A DNA stretch of 63,700 nucleotides, counting the filler, from Octopus bimaculoides (taxonomy: Eukaryota): NCBI RefSeq assembly GCF_001194135.2. It is 7 parts of 5 records of this genome, joined end to end, with 100 filler letters (N's around TTAATTAATTAA, not from the genome) between each part and the next. Parts side by side here need not be neighbours in the genome. Positions count along the whole stretch, not along the records: positions 1 to 22,250 come from NC_068985.1; 6 more parts are not named here. The stretch is one strand, 5' to 3'. The notes beneath the pieces were generated by a model. The model had not been told where the DNA came from and made no database searches. It saw nothing but the letters and a program-made list of their open reading frames with translations. The stretch's first letter is position 1; each line of letters begins with the position of its first letter. Position numbers and translations under genes: made by a program. Shown here one piece after another: positions 1 to 11,287 of this stretch.

Positions 1-149
1 CGCGGCAGGAGGTGCAAATGAGGGTTGCTAAATCAAACTCCATTCTTCACCAAGTGCCACATATTGTAAGAGGCTCCCTGTAATAACAGTGTAGCAACAC
101 GGTGGTGCATCAGCATGGCCGCAGCTCTAAGCTGAAACTACTCTGCTAC

Positions 150-620
150 TCTTTCTCTTTACACAGCGCTGGTCACGTGTGTCCAGCTGCTATTTCTTTT
201 CGTTCTTGGACTCCCCAAGCTCGCATGTACTTCTTTGCCCCTCCTGTTCGTGCTTCACAGCGTTCAATACATACACACTTCACGTCGGGCTGTACAGCCT
301 TTTTGCTTGTTTGTTTATTCACCGTTTCGTTTTCCTGTCTTGTTTTCCATCTGCCACTACCCTCCACGAAAATAATTTAATTTGTGTTCGTGGGAAGAAC
401 CATTTCAACGATGCGTACTGCCTTAATTCTTCGAAACTCTGGTGTTTTAATGGTGGCAGCTGATGAAGGAGATGTTTCTATGTGGCTTGCTTGTTTGTTG
501 TACCTTGTTTATCATTTTGTCCATGTTCTTTTGCTACGTCATGTACCCAGTTATGTATCTATATGTACATGTAGATGAAGGTATGTACATACATGTACAT
601 ATATATGCATATACTCATAT
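150..620 (+). repeat. Non-coding dispersed repeat unit carrying a permuted hammerhead motif (copy 1)
   Basis: About 330-620 matches the reverse complement of about 44120-44455. 143-180 (ctctgctactctttctc...ggtcacgtg) matches the reverse complement of 43821-43860. Confidence 0.8.
409..472 (+). ncRNA. Candidate non-circularly permuted hammerhead ribozyme, copy 1 (one helix III mismatch)
   Basis: GCG-TA-CTGCC (413-422), then TCTTC-GAAA-CTC (428-439), then GGCAG-CTGATGA-A-GGAGA (455-472). Helix I is CTGCC/GGCAG, helix II is TCTTC/GGAGA, helix III is GCGT/ACTC with one mismatch. Confidence 0.6.
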
Positions 621-626
621 ATTGCT

Positions 627-683
<57 letters not shown>

Positions 684-734
684 ATATATATATATATATA
701 AATGTGCGTGTGTGTGTATATATGTATGTGTATA

Positions 735-1100
735 GTGGAGGTGCAATGGCCCAGTGGTTAGGGCAGCGCACTCTCATTTGTAGGATCGTGGTCTTGATTC
801 CCAGACCGGGCGCTGTGAGTGGTTATTGAGCAGAAACACCTAATGTCTAACGAGGCTGCGGCAGGAGGTGATGGTGAACCCTGCTGTATTCTTTCACCAC
901 GACTTTTTCTCACTCTTTCTTCCTGTTTCTGCTGTACCGGTATTTCGAAGAGGCTAGCCTAGTCACACTGAATCTCACCAAGAACTACATTAAGAGTACA
1001 CATGTCAGTGGAGAGCTCATCCACTTGCACGTTAATTTCACGAGCAGGCTGTTCTGTTGATCGGATCAACTGGAACCCTCGTCATCATAACCGAGTGCAT
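735..1100 (+). mobile_element. tRNA-headed SINE, family A (diverged)
   Basis: Head gtggaggtgcaatggcccagtggttagggcag with A-box and B-box-like motifs. Body is shared with 2632, 18128, 22563 and 24293. Confidence 0.9.
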
Positions 1101-1251
1101 GTAAAAAAAAACAGGATAAACAAGTGTTTATCAGGAACCAATGCAAATAATCAGAAAATGGAGAAAACCTCAGATTAACAAACACATCGATTGGACTACA
1201 TTTATAGCTTATTTTTTAATACAAAGCATGACATAACAAATAAGTGATGTA

Positions 1252-1339
1252 AAATATCTTACGGCCGTTTCCGATCCGTTGCCAAAATGCTGTCTATAAA
1301 TAAATGCGAGAATAAAGTTCTTCATCTTCATAGGATATT
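1252..1339 (-). ncRNA. Degenerate type I hammerhead (palindromic helix III)
   Basis: Minus strand reads AATATC-CT-ATGAAGA ... TCG-GAAA-CGGCCG-TA-AGATATT. C3 of the core is changed to A. Confidence 0.45.
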
Positions 1340-1477
1340 CGAATTAAGGCACGGAGCTTTATCAGAGTAAAAAACAAGAGCATACAATATAAACAAAAGG
1401 AAGGAGGAAAAGGAAAGGAAAACATGGCCTAGACAAAAAGTCTAGAAGCCCAATATGTTAAAAGCATATAACTTACC

Positions 1478-1882
1478 ATCTAGGGTCTATGAGGTCCGTA
1501 GGTAAAAGAGTGAGCTAGTAATGGTGTAGGGAATACTACAATTTATTAACAAGTAGATGCAAGTAAAAGGAGGGGCCCAGGATGTTAAAAAAAAAAAGCA
1601 GTTATCAAGAAAATGTATATAAGGAAAATACTAACACAATTATCAAAGGGCAGTACCCATGCTAACAAAGTAAACATGAGTAAATGTTAATTACTGTAGG
1701 GTGCTGAAGAAAATTTACTCACAGGGATTAATACTGAGAATCCCACCTATGGTCCACAATGGGGCAAGTCTAAGTCCAGTGGTCTCTACAATTAATTATA
1801 ATCTGAACCTGTTAATAAATTGTAGTATTCCCTCGACCATTACTAGCACACTCTTTTACCTACGAACCTCGTAGACCCTACA
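1478..1882. repeat. Inverted repeat, about 75-bp arms with about 250-bp spacer
   Basis: 1478-1553 (tagggtctatgaggtccgtaggtaaaagagtgagctagtaatgg...) is the reverse complement of about 1808-1882 with few mismatches. Confidence 0.8.
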
Positions 1883-1892
1883 TGGTATACAC

Positions 1893-1934
<42 letters not shown>

Positions 1935-1976
1935 TATGTATATATATGTGTGTATATATATATATATGTGTGTGTG

Positions 1977-2007
<31 letters not shown>

Positions 2008-2055
2008 ATATACATATATGTGTGTGTATGCATATATATATATGTGTGTGTGTGT

Positions 2056-2520
2056 GCAGGAGTAGCTGTATGGTAAGTAGCTTGCTTACNNNNNNNNNNN
2101 NNNNNNNNNNNNNNNNNNNNNNNNNNNNNNNNNNNNNNNNNNNNNNNNNNNNNNNNNNNNNNNNNNNNNNNNNNNNNNNNNNNNNNNNNNNNNNNNNNNN
2201 NNNNNNNNNNNNNNNNNNNNNNNNNNNNNNNNNNNNNNNNNNNNNNNNNNNNNNNNNNNNNNNNNNNNNNNNNNNNNNNNNNNNATATATATATATATAT
2301 GTATGTATGTGTGTGTATATGTTTGTGTGTCTGTGTTTGTCCCCCCCAACATTGCTTGACAACCGATGCGGGTGTGTTTATGACCCCCGTAAATTAGCAG
2401 TTTGGCAAAAAAGGCCGATAGAATAAGTACTAGGCTTACAAAGAATAAGTCCTGGGGTCGATTTGTTTGACTAAGGGCGGTGCTCCAGCATGGCTACAGT
2501 CAAATGACTGAAACAAGTAG
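2056..2520 (+). mobile_element. SINE family C (gcaggagtggctgtgtggtaag head), interrupted by a gap
   Basis: Head at 2056. Internal microsatellite. Tail ccagcatggctacagtcaaatgactgaaacaagta. Same family at 7733-8582, 58105-58470 and elsewhere. Confidence 0.85.
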
Positions 2521-2631
2521 GATATGTATAGATATATACATATATATATATATATGTATTTATATATATACATGTATATATACGTATATACACATGTATG
2601 TATATATATATTGATGTAATCTTCCTTGTGT

Positions 2632-2998
2632 GGAGGCACAATGGCCCAGTGGTTAGGGCAGCGAACTCGCGGTCATAGGATCGCGGTTTCGATGCCCAGA
2701 CCGGGCATTGTGAGTGTTTCTTGAGCAAAAACACCCAAAGCTCCACAAGGCTCCGGCAGGGGATGGTAGTGAACCCTGCTGTACTCTTTCACCACAACTT
2801 TCTCTCACTCTTACATCCTGTTTCTGTTGTGCTTGTAATTCAAAGGGTCAGCCTTGTCATGCTGAATATCCCCGAGAACTACGTTAAGGGTACACATGTC
2901 TGTGGAGTGCTCAACCACATGTACGTTAACTTCACAAGCAGGTTGTTCCGTTGATCGGATCAACTGGAACCCTCGTTGTCGTAAGCGACGGAGTGCCA
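2632..2998 (+). mobile_element. SINE family A, full length with 14-bp target-site duplication
   Basis: aatcttccttgtgt at 2618-2631 and again at 2999-3012 flanks the element. Confidence 0.93.
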
Positions 2999-3059
2999 AA
3001 TCTTCCTTGTGTAGTATTGCTGAACCACCTCCAGTTCTGGTATTAATCCTACAGTATAG

Positions 3060-3287
3060 GGTGACCACAGAATTCCTCTGTTATTGCCTGGAGGACTATG
3101 ATGAATAAAAGGGGACTGAGGACTGATCTTTGGTGAACCCCTACTTCTACCTGGAATTCTTCAATATACTCATTGCCAACCCTCACCTTACTGACAGTAT
3201 CCCTGTCCAGGGCTTGTATGGCTTTTACCAACCACTCATCTCACCCTAGATTCTGCACTGACCACCAAATAAGGGATCGGGGGATAA
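3060..3287 (-). pseudogene. RTE-clade LINE reverse-transcriptase fragment
   Basis: Translates IPRSLIWWS...SKVRVGNEYIEEFQVEVGVHQRSVLSPLLFIIVLQAITEEF, nearly the same as the RTE RT at 20999-21540. Confidence 0.9.
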
Positions 3288-3964
3288 CAGACATGTCATA
3301 ACAGTTGTTTTTGCTTTTAACCTTACCGTCATTCAAATATGTGAAGATTGTTAAGGTTGTTGCCTCTACTAGGCAGTGGGAGTAAGGAAGCATTGTATAT
3401 GAAAGTGTTTTGGGTGTTGTAAATATAAGCATTATGAGCATTGAGGATATAAGCATTACTGGTGCTGCAGAGGTAAGTGGGCTGCTATCTGGTTAGGTTA
3501 GTTTAGAGAGGTGGGGGAGAAAAGAGAGGGCAACAAAACAACCAATATAAGAGAGGAGACAAACAGTATGAGAGAGGGGAACTTCCAGTAAGAGCAACGG
3601 GATATCTGGCAAGAGAAACGAGATTTCCGGTATTGGTGGTGGGGGCGGGAGAGGGTAGGCGCAACCACCAAGAAGAGGGAATCCTTTTAGGGAGCAGTAC
3701 AAACAAGAATTACTTTAGAGAGCAGTATGAATTATGAATATAAATGTATCCAAAAAACAAGGAAAGGATCATTTTAGAGGGAGAGATTACAATTTGGAAG
3801 TTATTTGATGAATTATTATAAATGTTTACAGATTACATAAGTACAGGTTAGTAATGGTGCAGGTGAGATTGGTGAATGAATGAGGTGATTAAAAACAAGA
3901 GAAATAGTTAATGTTTACAATACTACCCGGAAACGAAAAACAAAAATTACACACACACACACAT

Positions 3965-4009
<45 letters not shown>

Positions 4010-5218
4010 TATATATGTAGATAAACATATATATAGATATACATATATAGATGTATATCACATTAGACATTCTGCAACGGGTTTGTAGAGAGCAGATGGT
4101 CCCAGGGTGGCAGTTACATGGTAGTGCATTGTGGGGATTGTCCTCAGGAATGTAGGAAGTAATACTGTCTGAGGAGAGGGGAAGAATGGTCTATGTTATT
4201 AATATTATTATTACTATTTCTTCAATCCTTTAAGAGGGTAAGAAGACAGACAAAGTCCATGCTGTTGTCACTTCAGCTTAGAAGTTTCTAAGACATCAGG
4301 AAAAAAGCTGTTTGTTCATAGCTTGTCACTGATTTTGGTTCAGTTTTAATTTATTAGTCTTGTTTATCAAATCTTTGTATATCAAATCTAAGACTAGGGA
4401 ATAGTCTCTGTGAGGAAAGGGCATGAGGGAGTTGACAGAATCATAGTGGGTATAGTCATAAAACTTGTCAAGATTATTTTGAAGTAGTATAAAGTAACTG
4501 GGTTGTGTAGTCGAAGACCTCTAATCAAGATGTTAATTACCAGTTAAAGGGGCAAGACGCTAATAAAACTAATGATGATAATACAGAGGAAAATTTTATC
4601 ATGGGATACTATAGGTGATTGATTAAAACAATGTTATATTGTATAAAGATAAAATTTAGGTTAGGGAGAAGAATATTATAACCAAAAAGATGAATTTTGA
4701 ATATATACCAAATTTTTCAACATTAGAGAGAGAAAAATTACATAGAATTAGTTTAATATTCTTTCATATACTTAATTATTTACTTATTAGGTGGTATCTA
4801 TAAAGACTGATCACTGGCATTTACTAAAGGAATACTGGGGCGATAGAACATGCTAACTATATATTAATTATAATCTAAGAGGTATATTAGAAATTGTTAA
4901 GTTACTGGTGCTATTATATACAAGCTGATATAAATTTCTAGGGGTATAAAATTAGGAGGTTTACTTACATAAAAGCTATTATAAAAATAATAATATGATC
5001 AGTAGGGTAGAACATTATAGAAAGGAATAAATAGTTTCATCACCAAAACCATGATGAAATATATATACCATATTATTAACAATACAAAGAGGAGTTTATA
5101 TAGAATTTGTTTGATAATTCTATCATTATACTTAATTATTTACTTATTAGGTGGTATCTATAAAGACTGATCACTGGTATTTACTAAAGGAATATTGGAG
5201 CGATAGAACATGCTAACT

Positions 5219-5790
5219 CATCATCATCATCGTTTAACGTCCACTTTCCATGCTAGCATGGGTTGGACGATTTGACTGAAGACTGGTGAACCAGATGGCT
5301 GCACCAGGCCCCAATCTGATTTGAGTGGGTGTTTTTATGTGCCACTGGCACGAGGGCCAGTCAGGTGGTACTAGCAACGGTGTTTTTTACGTGCCACCTG
5401 CACGGGAGCCAGTCCAGCAGCACTGGCAACGACCTTGCTCGAATGTTTTCTAACGTGCCAGTAAAGCGATGATAGTAACGATCACGCTCAAATGGTGCTA
5501 TTTATGTGCCACTGGCATGGAAGCCTGACAGCTGCTCTGGCAATGATCACGCTCGGACGGAGCTGCTAGTGCTCCACTGGCACAGGTGCCAGTCATCAAA
5601 TATGGTTCAATTACGATTTCGATTTCAATTTCACTTGCCCCAACAGGTCTTTGCAAGCAGAGTTTAGTGTCCAATGAAGGAGAGGTTGGTATGGGTGCCA
5701 GTTGTCGAATTTGGTTCGATTTCGATTTCATTTGCCTCAACAGGTCTTTGCATGCAGAGTTTAGTGTCCAATGAAGTAAAGATACGAATA
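5219..5790 (-). mobile_element. RTE LINE 3' end (3' UTR with internal tandem subrepeats) inserted in the PLE
   Basis: Ends ...ggacgttaaacgatgatgatg on the minus strand. Same sequence family as 10673-11287 and as the 3' flank of the RTE RT at 20350-20470. Confidence 0.85.
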
Positions 5791-6119
5791 AGTGAGCTGG
5801 CTATACTTCTGGTAAGCTAAGATGCATAAAATAAGTTGTAAAGTTTCCAGTGCTAATACATACATGATAATATAGTTAGGGGTACATAAATAGGAGGACT
5901 ACTTAAAGGCCTTTATAAGAATAATAATATGATCAGAAGGGTGGAACACTATAGAAAAGAAATAAATAGTTTAATTACTAAAACCATGATGAAGTTAGAC
6001 TAACTAGGCAGGAATATTCATAGGATAGTATACTCTATGTAGCACACTAACTTACTATACTATATAGCTTATATTATATGCAATGTACTTTAATTCTTCA
6101 TGTAACAGAATATCACCTG

Positions 6120-6157
<38 letters not shown>

Positions 6158-6239
6158 CTAGAGGGTAAGTATAATTAGATACAACACTAAAATTTTAAAA
6201 GTTAGTTTCCATCAATCCATTTCAAGCACCTATAAAACG

Positions 6240-6520
6240 TTAAATTTGAAAATATTTAAATGTATGAGTGACACTATGTACGCATGATACCGTTAGGTCT
6301 AATCTATTGTTAATCAGGTTGCTCTTATTCTTATGTTTCCTTATTATTTCCCATTTACGTTTAAGTCTAAAAGAGGAAAAAGGATTATAAATACGTTTTT
6401 TCATATTAATCGAACATCCAATATATATAAAGTTACCTGTTATAGCTATGATTGTACATTTATAAATTATGTTTTGGGTAAGACATTGACCTAATAACAG
6501 ACAATTGCATCTAGGAGAAT
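6240..6520 (-). pseudogene. GIY-YIG endonuclease remnant of the PLE
   Basis: RCNCLLLGQCLTQNIIYKCTIIAITGNFIYIGCSINMKKRIYNPFSSF. Homologous to 45340-45740. Confidence 0.88.
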
Positions 6521-7732
6521 TACTACTATTAATATTATTATTATTGATATTCATATTGTTATTATTATCACTATTATTACTAATCCTGCTACAACTATCA
6601 AGTGTGATATGTTCATGTCTGCTATTATCTATCCCTCCTTCAACTGTAGTATCATTCAAATCTGCTTCAACATCAACAGGCGTATCATTAATTTCTATGC
6701 TAGTATAGGCACCAGAACTACAGTCTATATATTGTGTATATTAGAAGTATTAACACCTCCATTTCTATTTTCCACGTCACCATTAATGTTACTATTCACA
6801 TTGTGGAGGTTTATGTTATTGTTGACAGGACTATTATTAATATTATTATTATTTTTATTAATATTATAATAATCACCTCTTGCTAATTTTATATTCTTCT
6901 TATTTAACCTAGCTATGATGGTACCCATATTGGAAAGAGTAGAATACGAGATTCTAACTGTCTTACAAGTAAAAGTTCTGTTATATCTATGGAAGCAGGG
7001 AAGTTTTTTTATCTAAAATAGCAATAAATTACCTATATATATGTTTGTGGGTATGGCACAGTTGTAAAGATTATTGAACCAGACGAAGTCCTTACTTTCA
7101 AACTTACAGCGTAAGTAAGGGCAGGATCTACCTGCTCTATCACTGCCCCCCAGAATTGTGACTTGATTATTAGGTATGTCCCCATTTCCGGTAATTTTCA
7201 TATCTATGCAGGGAGGAGTAACCAGCTCTTTCTCTTCACTACATTTATTATCTAACCTAAGCTTCCTACCAGTTTTAGCATCTAATTTCCTGTTGTTGCT
7301 TATTTTATTATTATATATATTGTTGGGATTTTAGGATGCTTTTACATTTGGTATTTTTTACAACTAAGTAAGTTAGTAATCTCTCTATCACTCAAACTCT
7401 CATTATTTCCAGTATTAATAGGTACTAAACTTTCAGGACTATGAAATATAATTTCCTGGTCATATCCCACCTTAGACAAAGCAAAGTTATAGCGGTGGGA
7501 ATGGGTATTAAAAATATCCTTATTTGCTGATAATTTTGTAATTCTCCTAGAAATACTTTTAACTACCGATTTTAACACATTAGTGGGGGTGATTTGATAA
7601 TTTGCTCACGTATCTCGTAACTTCACCTGGTTTCCTATAGGGGTGGTATAATCCTGAGCTAATGTCTAAAGTAGTATCGAAAGAATTTGCTACCTTTGTG
7701 CCATATTCATACGTAATACCTAATTCTTTTCT

Positions 7733-8582
7733 TTTCTTTTATTCTTTTACTTGTTTCAATCATTTAACTGTGGCCATGCTGGACCACCGCCTTTAGTCGA
7801 GGAAATCAACCCTAGGACTTATTCTTTGTAAGCCTAGTACTTATTCTATTGGTCTCTTTTGCCAAACCACTAAGTTATGGGGACGTAAACACACCAGCAT
7901 CGGTTGTCAAGCAATGTTGGGGGGGGGCAGACACAGACGCACGCACATCATCATCATCATTGTCGTTGTTTAACGTCCACTTTCCATGCTAGCATGGGTT
8001 GGATGATTTGACTGAGGATTGGTGGACCAGGAGGCAACACCAGGCTCCAATCTGATTTGGCAGAGTTTCTACAGCTGGATGCCCTTNNNNNNNNNNNNNN
8101 NNNNNNNNNNNNNNNNNNNNNNNNNNNNNNNNNNNNNNNNNNNNNNNNNNNNNNNNNNNNNNNNNNNNNNNNNNNNNNNNNNNNNNNNNNNNNNNNNNNN
8201 NNNNNNNNNNNNNNNNNNNNNNNNNNNNNNNNNNNNNNNNNNNNNNNNNNNNNNNNNNNNNNNNNNNNNNNNNNNNNNNNNNNNNNNNNNNNNNNNNNNN
8301 NNNNNNNNNNGAACTGGCAATGATCTCGCTCGAATGTCTTACTGGCAATGGCCACGCTCGAAATGGTGTATTTTACGTGTCACCTGCACAGGAGCCAGCA
8401 CACACACATATATATATACATACGACGGGCTTCTTTCAGTTTCCATCTACCAAATTCACTCACAAGGTTTTGGTCGGCTCAAGGCTATAGTAGAAGACAC
8501 TTGCCCAAGGTGCAACGCAGTGGGACTGAACCCGGAACCATGTAGTTGGTAGCAAGCTACTTACCACACAGCCACTCCTGCA
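7733..8582 (-). mobile_element. SINE family C split by an RTE 3'-end insertion (7948-8399), itself inside the PLE RT
   Basis: SINE tail half at 7733-7947 and head half at 8400-8582. PLE RT reading resumes on both sides. Confidence 0.85.
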
Positions 8583-9107
8583 CTTAAGTTGAAGTTTTAA
8601 AAAAATTTTCTAATTCTTTTTCTCATTCTTTCTATTACTGATTTGTTGTCACTAGGAATGATAAAAAGAGCAGCATCTCTATATAAACCTCCCTGTAATT
8701 CTGGGATTTCTCTATTAAGGCACTTTAAAAGATACACACCAACTAGATTAGAGATTTCAGCTGAATAACTTGAGCCCACAGCTATATTGAAATTATCAAG
8801 GGTATCAGAGCTCGTCCAAAGCTTATCCTCAAATTCTATGATAGCCCTCCTGGCTAAAAGAATAATGTCAATTTTATCTCAAGTAATAAGAGAGAGTTTT
8901 TTGTGAAAATTAGAAATCTGTTAAGAAGAATGGGAGATATACTGGAATAATAAGTATTAACGTTAAATTCAATAAATGAATAATTACGTATGTTTTCAAT
9001 GGATTGAAACCAATGTATTTCTTCATTCATATCAAACCATAATTTGAGAGATAGATAAGGGGTAGTATAGATTTACTAAGTCAACCAATATCAGATTTAG
9101 TCGGGCA

Positions 9108-9291
9108 AATGATTGCATTGTTCAATTAAATGGAGCCGCTTGAAACAGTCGTACTGATTCACGTAGGGATATGCTGTTGCTTATTTTGATTTTATTCACC
9201 TTATTTTGAAGTTGTACGGATAATACAGCATTAATTTTTGGTGCTTCAACTTAAGTACCTGATTCATCTGAATCTCAATTATTTTGCTTAT

Positions 9292-9297
<6 letters not shown>
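9108..9297 (+). repeat. Inverted PLE terminal (pLTR-like) fragment containing the 3' half of the hammerhead
   Basis: aatgattgcattgttcaattaaatggagccgcttgaaacagtcgtactg... is closely similar to 46871-47040 and abuts the truncated 5' end of the minus-strand RT. Confidence 0.8.
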
Positions 9298-9327
<30 letters not shown>

Positions 9328-10672
9328 NNNNNNNNNNNNNNNNNNNNNNNNNNNNNNNNNNNNNNNNNNNNNNNNNNNNNNNNNNNNNNNNNNNNNNNNN
9401 NNNNNNNNNNNNNNNNNNNNNNNNNNNNNNNNNNNNNNNNNNNNNNNNNNNNNNNNNNNNNNNNNNNNNNNNNNNNNNNNNNNNNNNNNNNNNNNNNNNN
9501 NNNNNNNNNNNNNNNNNNNNNNNNNNNNNNNNNNNNNNNNNNNNNNNNNNNNNNNNNNNNNNNNNNNNNNNNNNNNNNNNNNNNNNNNNNNNNNNNNNNN
9601 NNNNNNNNNNNNNNNNNNNNNNNNNNNNNNNNNNNNNNNNNNNNNNNNNNNNNNNNNNNNNNNNNNNNNNNNNNNNNNNNNNNNNNNNNNNNNNNNNNNN
9701 NNNNNNNNNNNNNNNNNNNNNNNNNNNNNNNNNNNNNNNNNNNNNNNNNNNNNNNNNNNNNNNNNNNNNNNNNNNNNNNNNNNNNNNNNNNNNNNNNNNN
9801 NNNNNNNNNNNNNNNNNNNNNNNNNNNNNNNNNNNNNNNNNNNNNNNNNNNNNNNNNNNNNNNNNNNNNNNNNNNNNNNNNNNNNNNNNNNNNNNNNNNN
9901 NNNNNNNNNNNNNNNNNNNNNNNNNNNNNNNNNNNNNNNNNNNNNNNNNNNNNNNNNNNNNNNNNNNNNNNNNNNNNNNNNNNNNNNNNNNNNNNNNNNN
10001 NNNNNNNNNNNNNNNNNNNNNNNNNNNNNNNNNNNNNNNNNNNNNNNNNNNNNNNNNNNNNNNNCTTTTGAAAGTAAATAAAACGAAGAAAGAAAACTGC
10101 TATATACTATAAAAAAAAAATTTTTTTTATAAGTTAATGGTCAAAGAGGTAAATCTAGTAAATAAAACTTATGTAAAATATAATCTACTCAAATGTACAT
10201 AATCATATCAAATAATTATATTTCATTTAAAGTTTAGAACAGTAATGAGACTTTTTATGGTTATGTAAACAAGATAAATTAGAGAGTATAAATTGTAAAT
10301 AATGAATAATAATAAGTAAAATAAATTAGGTTACATTCAGATTGCAGCTATCAAAGTTTAAGAAAAATTATAGTAAATTAACTTAGTAATGGGGTTCAAA
10401 TACAATATTAAAGATAATATCAAAAGAAGGAACGGATTTAATTGATAAAGTAAAAAGGTCCCATGAAGACATGGGACCTTAAAGACTGCTAGAAAGCAAG
10501 AAAGTATACTAGTCCTTTAATATTTAAAATTCAGTATTTCATTTATTTAATAAGACATTCAATACTTCATTTCATTTTACTATATATTCCATATCCTACA
10601 TTAATTTTATAAGAATATAAATAAAACATAAAAAACAGACAGAGTTGGAATTNNNNNNNNNNCGAGACCTTT

Positions 10673-11287
10673 AGAAATATGCTGTGCTTGAGAAGACCCA
10701 GCAAGCCAAGTGAGACCATAACCTATGGCCTATGCCAGTGGTGTAACCAACCAGCCACTTAGGCGTACCTTTCTTTCATTGGACACTAAAATCTGCTTGT
10801 GAAGACCTATTGGGGCAAGTGAAATCAAAATCAAATTCGATGGCAGCACCGCTTGACTGGCATCCGTGCTAGTGATCGTCGCCAGGGTCACTGATGGGCC
10901 CCCATGCTGGTGGCACATAAAAAGCACCATTTGAGCGTGATCGTTACCAGCATCGCCTTAGTGGCACTTGTGCCAATGGTACGTGGAAAACAACATTCGA
11001 GCGAGGGCGTTGCCAGTACTGGACTGGCTCCTGTGCGAGTGACACAGAAAAACACCATTTGAGCATGGCCGTTGCCAGTACCACCTGACTAGCCTTTGTG
11101 CCGGTGACACATAAAAGCACCCACTACACTCTCGGAGTGGTTGGTGTGAAGAAAGGCATCCAGTTGTAGAAACTCTGCCAGATCAGATTGGAACCTGGTG
11201 CAGCCATCTGGCTAACCAGTCCCCAGTCAAACTGTCCAACCCATGCCAGCATGGAAAGTGGACGTTAAACAATGATGAGGATGATGA
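10673..11287 (+). mobile_element. RTE LINE 3' end (ORF C-terminus plus 3' UTR)
   Basis: Starts RDL*KYAVLEKTQQAK*. Ends ggacgttaaacaatgatgaggatgatg. Confidence 0.85.

Larger units (their letters stand above)
3290..9107 (-). mobile_element. 5'-truncated, degenerate Neptune-type Penelope-like element with a long non-coding 3' region
   Basis: RT motifs (MGSSYSAEISNLVG, GGLYRDA, SFDTTLD, YHPYRKP...SNHP) at about 7340-9107. Linker ISYSTLSNMGTII. CNC...CLTQNIIYK...YIG GIY-YIG at about 6240-6520. 3' DNA (4200-4560) is homologous to 46430-46800. Confidence 0.88.

Noticed and set aside
735-810. tRNA-like sequences at SINE heads (also 2632, 24293, 27110, 27649, 54382)
   Set aside because: A- and B-box-like motifs only, with no complete cloverleaf, and each continues into SINE body. 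They are not tRNA genes.
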